Source: Lachnospiraceae bacterium (GTDB taxonomy: Bacteria; Bacillota; Clostridia; Lachnospirales; Lachnospiraceae). From it: 64,000 bases of DNA. Positions 55,323 to 64,000 of the stretch are shown in pieces. Below the pieces are notes generated by a model. It ran no database searches, had not been told where the DNA came from, and saw only the letters and a list, made by a program, of their open reading frames with translations. Where the stretch lies: positions 706 to 64,705 of the forward strand of contig JAUNPP010000003.1 in NCBI GenBank assembly GCA_030536685.1, read 5' to 3'. The translations under genes were made by a program, and so were the position numbers. Position 1 is the stretch's first letter. Each line of letters starts with the position of its first letter.

Positions 55323-55448
55323 TTGCGGCTTCAAACCTTATGGCAGGGCTTTGGATAAAAATAGTCAATACGTCAATGCATCATTGCATAAAATAAGGAC
55401 AGGTAAAGTATGATTATGCAATGATGTATCAGGCATTCTGTTTGTTTT

Positions 55449-56645
55449 TCAGTACCAGGTGTTCTGTTTGTTTTTCTGTCTTTTTTCTGCTGCAGAAGTC
55501 ATCAAAGTAATAATGGCTAATATTGCTGCAGTGAACATCAGGTTTTGCTGAGGAATGAAGTCATTACATATCAAATAAACGGTGGCTGCAGACAATAAGT
55601 GTATGATTTCAAAGCCCATATTCGTAAATGACAGCAGACGTCCTCTTAATTTTCCAGGTGTATATTTATAAAAATATGAATACCATGAAGTTACGATCAA
55701 TGGCTGTCCAAATCCATAAAGCAAACCAAAAGAAATACGTTTAAAGAGAAAAATTCCAATCAGGGAAACTATAATTAAGATCATACCTGTTTTTTCCCAG
55801 AAAAATTCTTTTTGTTTTAATTCGTATTTACTTAAAATGATTTGTCCCGTTACAATTCCCGTTAGTAAACAGTTTTGATAAAAAGCGTAGTGCATATCGC
55901 TTAATGATAAATATTTTTTAATAAAAACGACCATTTGCGATTGCATGAGTCCTTCCAGGAAGAATAACTCTGCATATATGATACACATAATTATGAATAT
56001 CCGGTCTGTTATGAAATATCTGACCGCATTTGTAAATGTATACTTGCTGTTCTTTTCCTGGTTTTGGGCGGCAGACATGGCGTTTAATCGTAAACCCAGC
56101 ACGCACAAAATATTTATGATAAAACTGCTGCTATCAAACATAAATAAAGCTTTTGTCCCCCAAAAACTCAGTATAATAGTGGCTAAAGACGCTCCCAGGA
56201 TTCGGGCTATTTTCAATGTCAGTGATATTAAACTGTTGACTCTTGTAATAACGGTATGATCAGATACTATGTCGGGCAGCATTGTTTTGGCTGCTGTTGA
56301 ATAAAATTTGGCGCTTATGCTTATTACCGAGTTTCCAATCAGATAGTACCATTCACTTTTATCTATAATAAGAAAAGAAGTTAAAATTATGACGGAAATA
56401 ATATTAGAAATACATATGATCTTTTTCCTGGAATATTTATCAACAAGTATTCCTATAATTGGAGATAAAATAATAATTGGCAAAATGTCCAGAAAAAGTA
56501 CTAATGCTGAAAATCTGGCTGATTTTGTCAAATTGAAAGTCACCAGAGGAATTGCGGTAGAAGTAAATACATCGCCGAACGCGGATAATGTGCTTCCTGA
56601 TATCCATAATAGAGTGTTTCTATTTGTGAAGTAAAATTTTCTCAT
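55449..56645 (-). CDS. MFS transporter (efflux type) in a low-GC islet
   Basis: 12 TM segments. GGGAGG SD. Own promoter TTCAAT-17-TATAAT on the minus strand. Confidence 0.8.
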   Translation of the reverse strand: MRKFYFTNRNTLLWISGSTLSAFGDVFTSTAIPLVTFNLTKSARFSALVLFLDILPIIILSPIIGILVDKYSRKKIICISNIISVIILTSFLIIDKSEWYYLIGNSVISISAKFYSTAAKTMLPDIVSDHTVITRVNSLISLTLKIARILGASLATIILSFWGTKALFMFDSSSFIINILCVLGLRLNAMSAAQNQEKNSKYTFTNAVRYFITDRIFIIMCIIYAELFFLEGLMQSQMVVFIKKYLSLSDMHYAFYQNCLLTGIVTGQIILSKYELKQKEFFWEKTGMILIIVSLIGIFLFKRISFGLLYGFGQPLIVTSWYSYFYKYTPGKLRGRLLSFTNMGFEIIHLLSAATVYLICNDFIPQQNLMFTAAILAIITLMTSAAEKRQKNKQNTWY

Positions 56646-56738
56646 TGTTTTGCTGCCTCCCTGTTTCGGAGAGCATTATAAACAAGAATTTTATGAAATT
56701 GAATGATGTTGTTAATTATTTCAAATTAACCGAATACG

Positions 56739-57674
56739 TCATGAAATTTCATCTTGAATGCTGATATAATATTCTTTAATCCTTTCAAAAGCCTTTTGGT
56801 TTTCAGCAAAAATTTGACATAGCTGATAGGCTTCCCATATGTATATTTTTCCGGTATTTTTTAACTGACGGTCTCTGTTTTGCTTTGATTTTTCTATCAT
56901 ATTCCAACCGATATTATAAAAAAAGTTGTATAAATAATTTGCACGGTCATTTTTCAACAGCCATTCTACTCCCTGTCTGCAAACTTTTATGCTTTCATCA
57001 TATTTTTGGTTTATGCCTAAAAAATTTGCATAGTTTATTAACAGCAAATAGACAGGTTTATAATCGTTAAATGATATTTGTTCAAGCGACATGGCTGTTT
57101 TTTGAAAAATATTGCAGGCTATATCAAATGCACCTGTTTTTCCGTATGCTGTTGCGAGGTTATTGATAATCAGGAACTCATTTTCCGTATATATTTTTTT
57201 GGTTTCATAATTAATACTTGTATATTCCGGAAATGTGAGAAGTAAGAGATCTTCTAATTTTTTTATATAATCCTTAATCGGGAGTTCCTTCTTTTGGTAT
57301 GCAATTATGTTTTCAATCCTCAGAAGGAATTGTTGGTTTTCAGGATAGTTCATGTTAAGGATTTCTTTTTCTTTTATATTATCGATTAATTGGGTCAGTC
57401 GTTCGAAATCTCCCTGCTCAAAGTATTTTAAGATGATTAACCGTATTTTATGAAAATTAACAAGTTCTGTTTGCATATCGAATATTACGGTGTCACTTCG
57501 TTTTCCTAATTTTTGCATTAGCAGATTGAATTTATCATCTGTCGGATTAAGAGATTTGTTTTCGTACCTGTTTAATGTTTCCGGCGTACAGATGCCTTCT
57601 GAGAGTTCTTCCTGTGTCATTCCGGATTTTTTTCGATAATAACGTATTATATCTGATTTACTATATTCTCCCAT
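56739..57674 (-). CDS. Rgg/PlcR-like (RRNPP-type) regulator: XRE HTH plus helical-repeat domain
   Basis: HTH IIRYYRKKSGMTQEELSEGICTPETLNRYENKS. About 250-aa helical, Y/L/N-rich C-terminal domain. Its start overlaps the upstream paralog by 28 nt. Confidence 0.7.
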   Translation of the reverse strand: MGEYSKSDIIRYYRKKSGMTQEELSEGICTPETLNRYENKSLNPTDDKFNLLMQKLGKRSDTVIFDMQTELVNFHKIRLIILKYFEQGDFERLTQLIDNIKEKEILNMNYPENQQFLLRIENIIAYQKKELPIKDYIKKLEDLLLLTFPEYTSINYETKKIYTENEFLIINNLATAYGKTGAFDIACNIFQKTAMSLEQISFNDYKPVYLLLINYANFLGINQKYDESIKVCRQGVEWLLKNDRANYLYNFFYNIGWNMIEKSKQNRDRQLKNTGKIYIWEAYQLCQIFAENQKAFERIKEYYISIQDEIS

Positions 57675-58567
57675 GAATTTTCCTTTACATGTCTTTCCAG
57701 CTCTTCTGTTGTTTGATACTGCAGTATTTCTAACGCAATTAAATTCTTTTCATAAGAAAAATCTTGCGGATTATATTTACCAAGTTTGATTTCTAAAACT
57801 TTTTTAAAATAGAAACAATCTTTTAAATATTGTAATCTGTATTCAGAAAGCTGTCTTTTGATTACCAGATTTGTGTACTTATATGCCAGGCCCCAGTTTT
57901 TTTGGCGATAATTAATTTTTGCCAGGTAATAGATACTTTCTATGTATATTGTTTCCATAATACTTTTGTTTTTGAGAGAAGTGTGCATTTGGAAATATCT
58001 GGCTATATTTTCAAATATAGATAAGGCATTCTCCGTATGTTCCTGATTATAATATAATTTTCCTATATCAGTGAGTAAAAGCGCCTCTGCAAATGTTAAT
58101 AAACCATACTGTATTCTTTTGGTATAATTCAAACATTCAGTACAGCTTAATGAAGTATGATATAATTGTAAAGCAGCTTGCCAATTTCCCAGATATTCCT
58201 GAATTTGTCCCTGCTTTTCATAGATAAATTGTTCATGCAGGTTTCTGCTGGATTTTATGATGGATTTATATTCTTCAATTTGCATTTGGATAGCGTTTAG
58301 ATCTTTTTCTTTCCAGAGAAGCTCTATTTTCTGTCTGATATGGGCGATTTCTAAATCATGATCATTGACGATGATTTCAAATTTTATCAGGTCTCCGCCC
58401 AGACGCTGCAAAATACTGTCTAATAGAAATTTGTCGGGTACTCGTACATTATTTTCATATCTGGTCAAAGCGGTAATAGAACATAATCCTTCACAGATTT
58501 CTTTCTTTGTGTGATGCCTTTTAAGCCGTAGCTGCTCAAACATTTCCCCTAAAGTTATTTCCTGCAT
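57647..58567 (-). CDS. Rgg/PlcR-like (RRNPP-type) regulator, paralog of the adjacent gene
   Basis: HTH LGEMFEQLRLKRHHTKKEICEGLCSITALTRYENNV. AAGGAG SD 7 nt before the ATG at 58567. Promoter TTGTAA-17-TATACT. Confidence 0.7.
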   Translation of the reverse strand: MQEITLGEMFEQLRLKRHHTKKEICEGLCSITALTRYENNVRVPDKFLLDSILQRLGGDLIKFEIIVNDHDLEIAHIRQKIELLWKEKDLNAIQMQIEEYKSIIKSSRNLHEQFIYEKQGQIQEYLGNWQAALQLYHTSLSCTECLNYTKRIQYGLLTFAEALLLTDIGKLYYNQEHTENALSIFENIARYFQMHTSLKNKSIMETIYIESIYYLAKINYRQKNWGLAYKYTNLVIKRQLSEYRLQYLKDCFYFKKVLEIKLGKYNPQDFSYEKNLIALEILQYQTTEELERHVKENSWENIVNQI

Positions 58568-58698
58568 ATAAACACTCCTTATCATCAGGAGTATAAATCT
58601 TTTTCGTTGTTTTTACAAGAATAAACAATATCAATCCCGTATTTCTCTTTCCTGTTTCTGGGAAAATGCGGTTACCGTGACAAAGAAAGATAGAAGCC

Positions 58699-58727
58699 TT
58701 GACAAACCCCTTCTTTTTGCATAAAAT
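58699..58727 (+). promoter_or_regulatory. promoter of the proS leader
   Basis: TTGACA, 17-nt spacer, TAAAAT. Confidence 0.6.
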
Positions 58728-58734
58728 AAGAAGA

Positions 58735-59120
58735 ACTGATACTGAAAAGTAACTGTGATGAGGAATAGTAGGCAGATTCCTTCCTGTTCAGAGAAGATAT
58801 CCGGTCTGTAAGATGGTTTTGAAGCATCAAAAGCGTGATTTGATTTGTGCTTTGCTTTGAATCGACGGACTGTGCTGTGAGATATCGCATGAAGCTTTGC
58901 CAAACCCGCCCTCGGAGTTCTGCGGCAAACCGCGGCGTAGTTCCGGCGTTAACGGATATTTGAGAGAAAGATTTTCCTGTTTTCCCATATTTTGCGTTTG
59001 TTTTCGGAAACCGCAGATTTATGATCTGCCGACCGGGAGAAAGGAGAATTTTTAATCAGGGTGGTACCGCCGATTGCATTCGGTCCCTATGGGATTTGGA
59101 TGGAATGGGCGTTTTTTATT
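58735..59120 (+). promoter_or_regulatory. T-box leader upstream of proS (exact 5' extent uncertain)
   Basis: Conserved T-box sequence AATCAGGGTGGTACCGC at 59054-59070, followed by a terminator ending GGGCGTTTTTT (59107-59117). Stem I-like elements GATGAG, AGTA and AGAGA at 58757-58794. Confidence 0.8.
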
Positions 59121-59175
59121 TATTCCCCGCTCCCCGCGGCGGGATATTTGACTGATTTTCAAGGAGGATGCTTAG

Positions 59176-60615
59176 ATGGCAAAAGAGAAGAAATTTGTAG
59201 AAGCCATTACCCCTATGGCTGAGGATTTTGCGCAGTGGTATACTGACGTTGTGAAAAAGGCAGAACTGATCGAATATTCGAATGTGCGCGGATGTATGAT
59301 TTTACGTCCCAACGGTTATTCAATCTGGGAAAATATTCAGAAAAATCTGGATGCGATGTTTAAGGAAACAGGTGTTGAAAATGTATACATGCCTATGTTT
59401 ATTCCTGAAAGTCTGCTGCAGAAGGAAAAAGACCATGTAGAAGGCTTTGCGCCTGAAGTTGCGTGGGTTACACATGGCGGTATGGACAAGCTGGAGGAAA
59501 GACTTTGTGTTCGTCCTACTTCTGAAACTCTGTTCTGCGATTTTTATTCCAAAATCATTCAGTCTCACAGAGACCTGCCCAAGCTGTACAATCAGTGGTG
59601 CTCCGTTGTAAGATGGGAAAAGACAACAAGACCTTTCCTGCGTTCCGCTGAATTTTTATGGCAGGAAGGACATACCGCTCATGCAACTGAAGAAGAAGCA
59701 GAAGCAAGAACCGTTCAGATGCTGAATGTTTATGCTGATTTCTGTGAAAAATATCTGGCAATCCCCGTTGTAAAGGGTCAGAAGACCGATAAGGAGAAAT
59801 TTGCCGGAGCAAAATCTACCTATACAATTGAAGCGCTGATGCATGACGGCAAAGCTCTTCAGTCCGGTACCAGCCACAACTTCGGCGACGGCTTTGCAAG
59901 AGCATTTGGAATCCAGTATTCCGATAAGGAAAATAAACTGCAGTATGTTCATCAGACCTCATGGGGTATGTCCACCCGTATTATCGGCGCCCTGATCATG
60001 GTACACGGTGATGACAGCGGACTGGTACTGCCTCCCAGAATCGCACCGGTTCAGGTTGCAATTATTCCGATCGCGCAGCACAAAGCCGGCGTACTGGAAA
60101 AAGCAGATGAATTAAAGGATACTCTGGTTAAATCAGGCTACAAGGTAAAAGTAGATGATTCCGACAAGAGCCCCGGCTGGAAATTCAGTGAACAGGAAAT
60201 CCGCGGTATCCCCGTTCGTGTGGAAATCGGCCCGAAGGATATTGAAGCAGGTCAGGCAGTGATCGTTCGCCGTGATACCAGAGAAAAACAGGTTGTTGCA
60301 CTCGATGAACTGGCAGCAAAAATCGGTGAAACTCTGGAAACAATGCAGAATGATATGCTGGAACGCGCAAAGAAGCATCTTGCATCTCATATTTATGAAG
60401 CAAAGACTTATGATGAGTTTAAAGACACTATTGCCAATAAACCTGGCTTCGTAAAAATGATGTGGTGCGGAGATCTGGAATGCGAAATGAAGATCAAAGA
60501 GGATACGACAGCTACTTCCAGATGTATGCCTTTTGAACAGGAACAGATTACCGACGTGTGCCCGGTATGCGGAAAGCCTGCGAAGAAGATGGTATTCTGG
60601 GGCAAAGCATATTAG
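59176..60615 (+). CDS. proS: prolyl-tRNA synthetase (archaeal/eukaryote-like type without INS domain)
   Basis: Class II motifs. 479 aa. C-terminal Zn-binding block CGDLECE ... [27 protein letters not shown]. Confidence 0.95.
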   Translation: MAKEKKFVEAITPMAEDFAQWYTDVVKKAELIEYSNVRGCMILRPNGYSIWENIQKNLDAMFKETGVENVYMPMFIPESLLQKEKDHVEGFAPEVAWVTHGGMDKLEERLCVRPTSETLFCDFYSKIIQSHRDLPKLYNQWCSVVRWEKTTRPFLRSAEFLWQEGHTAHATEEEAEARTVQMLNVYADFCEKYLAIPVVKGQKTDKEKFAGAKSTYTIEALMHDGKALQSGTSHNFGDGFARAFGIQYSDKENKLQYVHQTSWGMSTRIIGALIMVHGDDSGLVLPPRIAPVQVAIIPIAQHKAGVLEKADELKDTLVKSGYKVKVDDSDKSPGWKFSEQEIRGIPVRVEIGPKDIEAGQAVIVRRDTREKQVVALDELAAKIGETLETMQNDMLERAKKHLASHIYEAKTYDEFKDTIANKPGFVKMMWCGDLECEMKIKEDTTATSRCMPFEQEQITDVCPVCGKPAKKMVFWGKAY

Positions 60616-60928
60616 TATACCGGGGATCGTTAGCATTGGCGTTTTGCGACAAACAAATGCCCGGCCAGTGAAAGCAACGGTCTGATGCCTGGTTAATGAA
60701 AGCAACAGGTTAACGCTTGATAAACGGAGAGAATCTGTGATATGAATACGGTTTGTATCGCAGGTTCTTTTTTTGATTTCTTTATATAGTAAAATGAATA
60801 GAATTGGTATAAAATAAATGTTGTGAACAGAAAGCAGGAAAAACGGCAAAAAGTTAAAGTGAATAAAAAACAGGTATAGGATAGTTAATTATGCAATGCT
60901 GTATCAGACAGGGAGATGGAGATCGTTT

Positions 60929-62251
60929 ATGGAAATGGAAATGCAGATACCGAAGCAGGTAACTTTTATTATTGATAGATTGGAAAAACATGGATATGAG
61001 GCTTATGCAGTCGGCGGCTGTGTGCGGGATATGCTTCTTGGCAGAGTGCCGAATGACTGGGACATTACGACTTCCGCAAAGCCTGAGCAGGTGAAGGCGG
61101 TTTTTAAACGGACAGTTGATACCGGAATCCAGCACGGAACGGTGACGGTTCTGGAAGATCATATCGGATTTGAAGTAACGACTTACCGAATCGACGGAGA
61201 ATATACGGATGGAAGACACCCGGATGAGGTGCAGTTTACACCGGATTTGAAGGAAGACCTGCGGCGCAGAGATTTTACGATCAATGCAATGGCATACAGC
61301 CCGCAGAGCGGGATTGTAGATGTATTTGGTGGACAGGAGGATTTGCAAAATGGTATCATCCGCTGTGTGGGAAGCGCAGAGGAACGGTTTCATGAGGACG
61401 CTCTGCGCATCATGCGGGCGGTTCGTTTTGCAGCCCAGCTGGGATTTTCCATTGAAGAGGAAACGTGGAATGCGGTGAAAAAGCTGGCTCCCAACCTGAA
61501 AAAAATCAGTGCGGAGCGGATTCAGACGGAACTTTCCAAGCTGCTGTTATCGCCTCACCCCGAGTGTTTTAAAATGCTGTATGAAACCGGAATTACGAAG
61601 GTAATACTTCCTGAGTTTGACACTGCGATGAGCTGTGAGCAGAATACGCCCTATCACTGCTACTCCGTCGGAGAGCATACACAGGAGGTTATGAATCACA
61701 CGCCTTGTGATCTGCCGCTGCGTTTAACCGGTCTGCTGCATGATCTGGGTAAACCGTTAGTAAAAACAACGGATGAAAATGGACAGGATCATTTTTACGG
61801 ACATCCTCAGGAAAGCGAGAAAATCGCAAGAAAAATTCTGCGGAGGTTAAAATACGATAACCAGACCATTGACAGAACCTGCAGGTTGATACGTTTTCAT
61901 GATTATAAAATAAATCTGGATAAGAAATCCGTCCGCAGAGCAGTCAGTAAAATCGGAACGGATTTATTCCCGGATCTTCTGATCTTCCGCAGAGCAGACG
62001 CAGGTGCAAAACCTCCCCATGTGTATGAGGAAACAATGAAAGAGCTGAACCAGATAGAAGCTTTTTATCAGGAAATTCAGGAAAATAAGGAGTGTACTTC
62101 TTTAAAAATGCTGGCCGTCACAGGAAAAGATCTGATAGAAGCCGGAATGAAACCGGGAAAAGAGCTGGGAGAGACATTGGAGCGTCTTCTGCAGCATGTA
62201 CTGGAAAATCCGGAAGATAATCAGAAGGATGTGTTGTTGAAACTGGTGTAA
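60929..62251 (+). CDS. cca: CCA-adding tRNA nucleotidyltransferase with HD domain
   Basis: GGCVRDMLLGRVPNDWDITT head domain, RDFTINAM, HD block LLHDLGKP. Confidence 0.9.
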   Translation: MEMEMQIPKQVTFIIDRLEKHGYEAYAVGGCVRDMLLGRVPNDWDITTSAKPEQVKAVFKRTVDTGIQHGTVTVLEDHIGFEVTTYRIDGEYTDGRHPDEVQFTPDLKEDLRRRDFTINAMAYSPQSGIVDVFGGQEDLQNGIIRCVGSAEERFHEDALRIMRAVRFAAQLGFSIEEETWNAVKKLAPNLKKISAERIQTELSKLLLSPHPECFKMLYETGITKVILPEFDTAMSCEQNTPYHCYSVGEHTQEVMNHTPCDLPLRLTGLLHDLGKPLVKTTDENGQDHFYGHPQESEKIARKILRRLKYDNQTIDRTCRLIRFHDYKINLDKKSVRRAVSKIGTDLFPDLLIFRRADAGAKPPHVYEETMKELNQIEAFYQEIQENKECTSLKMLAVTGKDLIEAGMKPGKELGETLERLLQHVLENPEDNQKDVLLKLV

Positions 62252-62334
62252 GGGGAAGCTAAATAAAGCTTCACAAACCCGCCAACATGTGATAAAATGA
62301 ATATAGAATCTCTCTGCTGAAGCGGAGGATATAT

Positions 62335-62707
62335 ATGGCACAAAGGAAAAAAACTGAATTTTGTCGGAGCTGGTCTGGAAGAAAGTACAGCAGATTTCGA
62401 AGATCCGCTGGTAGCCAGGATACAGGAAAGTATTCGGCATATCAAAAGAGACCGTGGAATGGAGGCGAGGTATATGCTGTTTGAGGAGTTGCTTCGGGAT
62501 GAAAGGAATGAAGGCAGAGCCGAGGGCAGGCTCGAAGGCAGGCTTGAGATAATTTTTGAACTGCTTGAGGACATCGGGCCGATTCCTGAAGACTGGAAGG
62601 AAAAAATCAGCCGGGAAACCGATCCTGAAGTTTTGAAAAAGTATGTGAAACTGGCGAGACGTGCCGAGTCGGTCGAGGATTTTATCCAGGCAGTTCAGAA
62701 TCAGTAG
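62335..62707 (+). pseudogene. small gene split by a +1 frame change at an A7 run (62347-62353)
   Basis: GGAGGA SD plus the ATG at 62335 open a 49-codon frame. The conserved-looking remainder (…EARYMLFEELLRDERNEGRAEGRLEGRLE…) is in the next frame, open from 62321 to 62707. Removing one A gives a single 123-aa ORF. Confidence 0.6.
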
Positions 62708-63194
62708 TGAAAGAGTATATTTTTACCAATATCGAAGTAAACAATCGTTTGCTTCATTAAAGATCTTTTGAATCCGGGTCACAATTCCAAAGTGACCTTC
62801 GGATTCAATCCGGGCCGAGTCAGGCCGATTTTACAAAGAGGTAATTATTACCAGGAAAGAAACAATTAAAAATAGTTAGCAATAATTGTTATGCAGTATT
62901 GAACAATAATTGTTATGCAGTATTGAACAGCAGAGAGATTTGGTGTTGTGCCATAGACCTGAGCTGCTCACAGCAGGAATGCCGATGGCATTCTCGAAAT
63001 GAGATAATAAGTGGAAATCTTCGGTAATTGAATTGCCGGGGGAGGCTCTGGTAATATAGTTTTCATGAACTTCTCTCTTTTTACATATGATGTACAGAAT
63101 GCGGGCGTATGAAAAATCTGTGTGATAGAATATACAGATTTATGGATCCGGCTGCTGTACTGAAGGATTTTTGTGGAAAGGGAGGAGTTTTTTG

Positions 63195-64000
63195 ATGTAT
63201 GACCGGGATACTGCCATGTTGGAAAAATATGATCTAACAGTGAAAAATATAAGAAAAGTCAGAGGAGGATGGCTTTGTATTGCTTCAGAAGGGTTATTTT
63301 TATGGAAAGAGAGCGTTTCAGGGGAGGAACGTCTGGATTTAGAGGACTGTATCTGTCGGAAAACGGAGGAAATGGGTCTTGCCCATATCTGGAGCTGTGC
63401 GGGTGGAAGCGGCAGGCTGCGTATGGACAGGTTTGTCCGGAACAAAGAAGGAAATCTTTTAACTGCAGATGATTTTGGCAGAAAATTTGTATTGAAAGAG
63501 TGGACGGAAGGGCATGAATGTGATGTGAGAAATAAGGAGGATCTTTTTAATGGAGCCAGAGCTGCAGCTTGTATGCATCAGATTCTGCGGGCAGCAGATC
63601 TGAAGTTACAAAATGCGGAATCAGCAGTCCGGAAGACATCATCATCAGAAAAGCCGGCTTTGGAGCAGTCTGCTTCAGAAGTGTCCGATTTGGAGCAGTC
63701 TGTTTCAGAAGTGTCCGATTTGAAGCAGTCTGTTTCAAAACCATCTGCTTCCCTTGCCTTTCAGGAATCTTACCTGCAGCTTTGGGAGCGCAGAAAACGG
63801 GAAATTTGCAGAATTTCAGGATTTGTTCGAAAACGGCGGAATAAAAATGCACTGGAACAATTAATTATGAAGGAAACGCCGTATTATCTTGCGCAGGCAC
63901 AGGCAGCAATTGATCTGTTTCAGGCAATTTCAGGTAAACTGGGAGTACAGAGACAGATCTGTCATGGAGATTTTCATTATCATAACCTGGTGTATGGCAA
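63195..64000 (+). CDS. CotS-family spore coat protein kinase-like protein (3' end beyond the window; not in the ORF track)
   Basis: My own translation from the ATG at 63195 (GGGAGGAG SD) is open to base 64000. N-terminus LEKYDLTVKNIRKVRGGWLC. APH/CotS catalytic block ICHGDFHYHNL. Confidence 0.8.
   Translation, partial: MYDRDTAMLEKYDLTVKNIRKVRGGWLCIASEGLFLWKESVSGEERLDLEDCICRKTEEMGLAHIWSCAGGSGRLRMDRFVRNKEGNLLTADDFGRKFVLKEWTEGHECDVRNKEDLFNGARAAACMHQILRAADLKLQNAESAVRKTSSSEKPALEQSASEVSDLEQSVSEVSDLKQSVSKPSASLAFQESYLQLWERRKREICRISGFVRKRRNKNALEQLIMKETPYYLAQAQAAIDLFQAISGKLGVQRQICHGDFHYHNLVYG

Noticed and set aside
58631-58903. 90-aa and 72-aa minus-strand ORFs upstream of the Rgg-like genes, one with an HTH-looking stretch (AKLHAISHSTVRRFKAK).
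   Set aside because: - They overlap the plus-strand proS T-box leader and its promoter.
- They have no SD.
- The regulator's own promoter (TTGTAA-17-TATACT) lies downstream of them, so they would not be co-transcribed with it.
60133-61393. Two long minus-strand ORFs (60133-60849 and 60854-61393).
   Set aside because: - They are antisense to proS and cca, both of which carry unmistakable catalytic motifs.
- Neither has an SD or any recognisable motif.
- The intergenic part is A/T-rich promoter DNA.

Overview
This 64-kb window reads as a chromosomal segment of a spore-forming Firmicute, probably Clostridia and Lachnospiraceae-like. That placement is an inference from CotS and YtvI sporulation genes, a T-box leader, GGAGG-type ribosome-binding sites and PTS/glycoside-hydrolase content.

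I can support about 58 protein genes, two identical tRNA-Lys(CUU) genes, one intact IS4-family insertion sequence, two pseudogenes, a proS T-box, and several promoters and terminators. I found no CRISPR array, rRNA or prophage.

Gene content:
- two ABC-F ATPases, DinB, OGG, Glf, ProRS and CCA-adding enzyme
- class I fumarate hydratase subunits
- a PRD-regulated cellobiose-type PTS operon carrying both GH1 and GH13 enzymes
- a two-component system next to a DUF4358-MBOAT-DHHW O-acylation module
- a BCCT/MFS/non-pyrrolysine MttB-family locus
- a low-GC islet with two tandem Rgg-like regulators and an MFS exporter

Strongest hunt results:
1. A dispersed rod-hairpin repeat of about 145 bp occurs at 6.1 kb and 22.9 kb. 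One copy is hit by the IS with a clean 10-bp target duplication.
2. Short tandem duplications sit on gene boundaries throughout the window, often copying the stop codon or the SD plus start codon. In-frame versions occur inside conserved enzymes.
3. An orphan csoR lies upstream of a consensus promoter with a CsoR-type operator that drives only a roughly 95-nt terminated transcript.
4. The MttB-family locus lacks a corrinoid protein gene in this window.
5. The Rgg-like islet has no annotated pheromone gene.

All product names come from motif recognition by eye. No database search, RNA folding or statistics could be run, and GC statements are spot counts of a few 60-nt lines.
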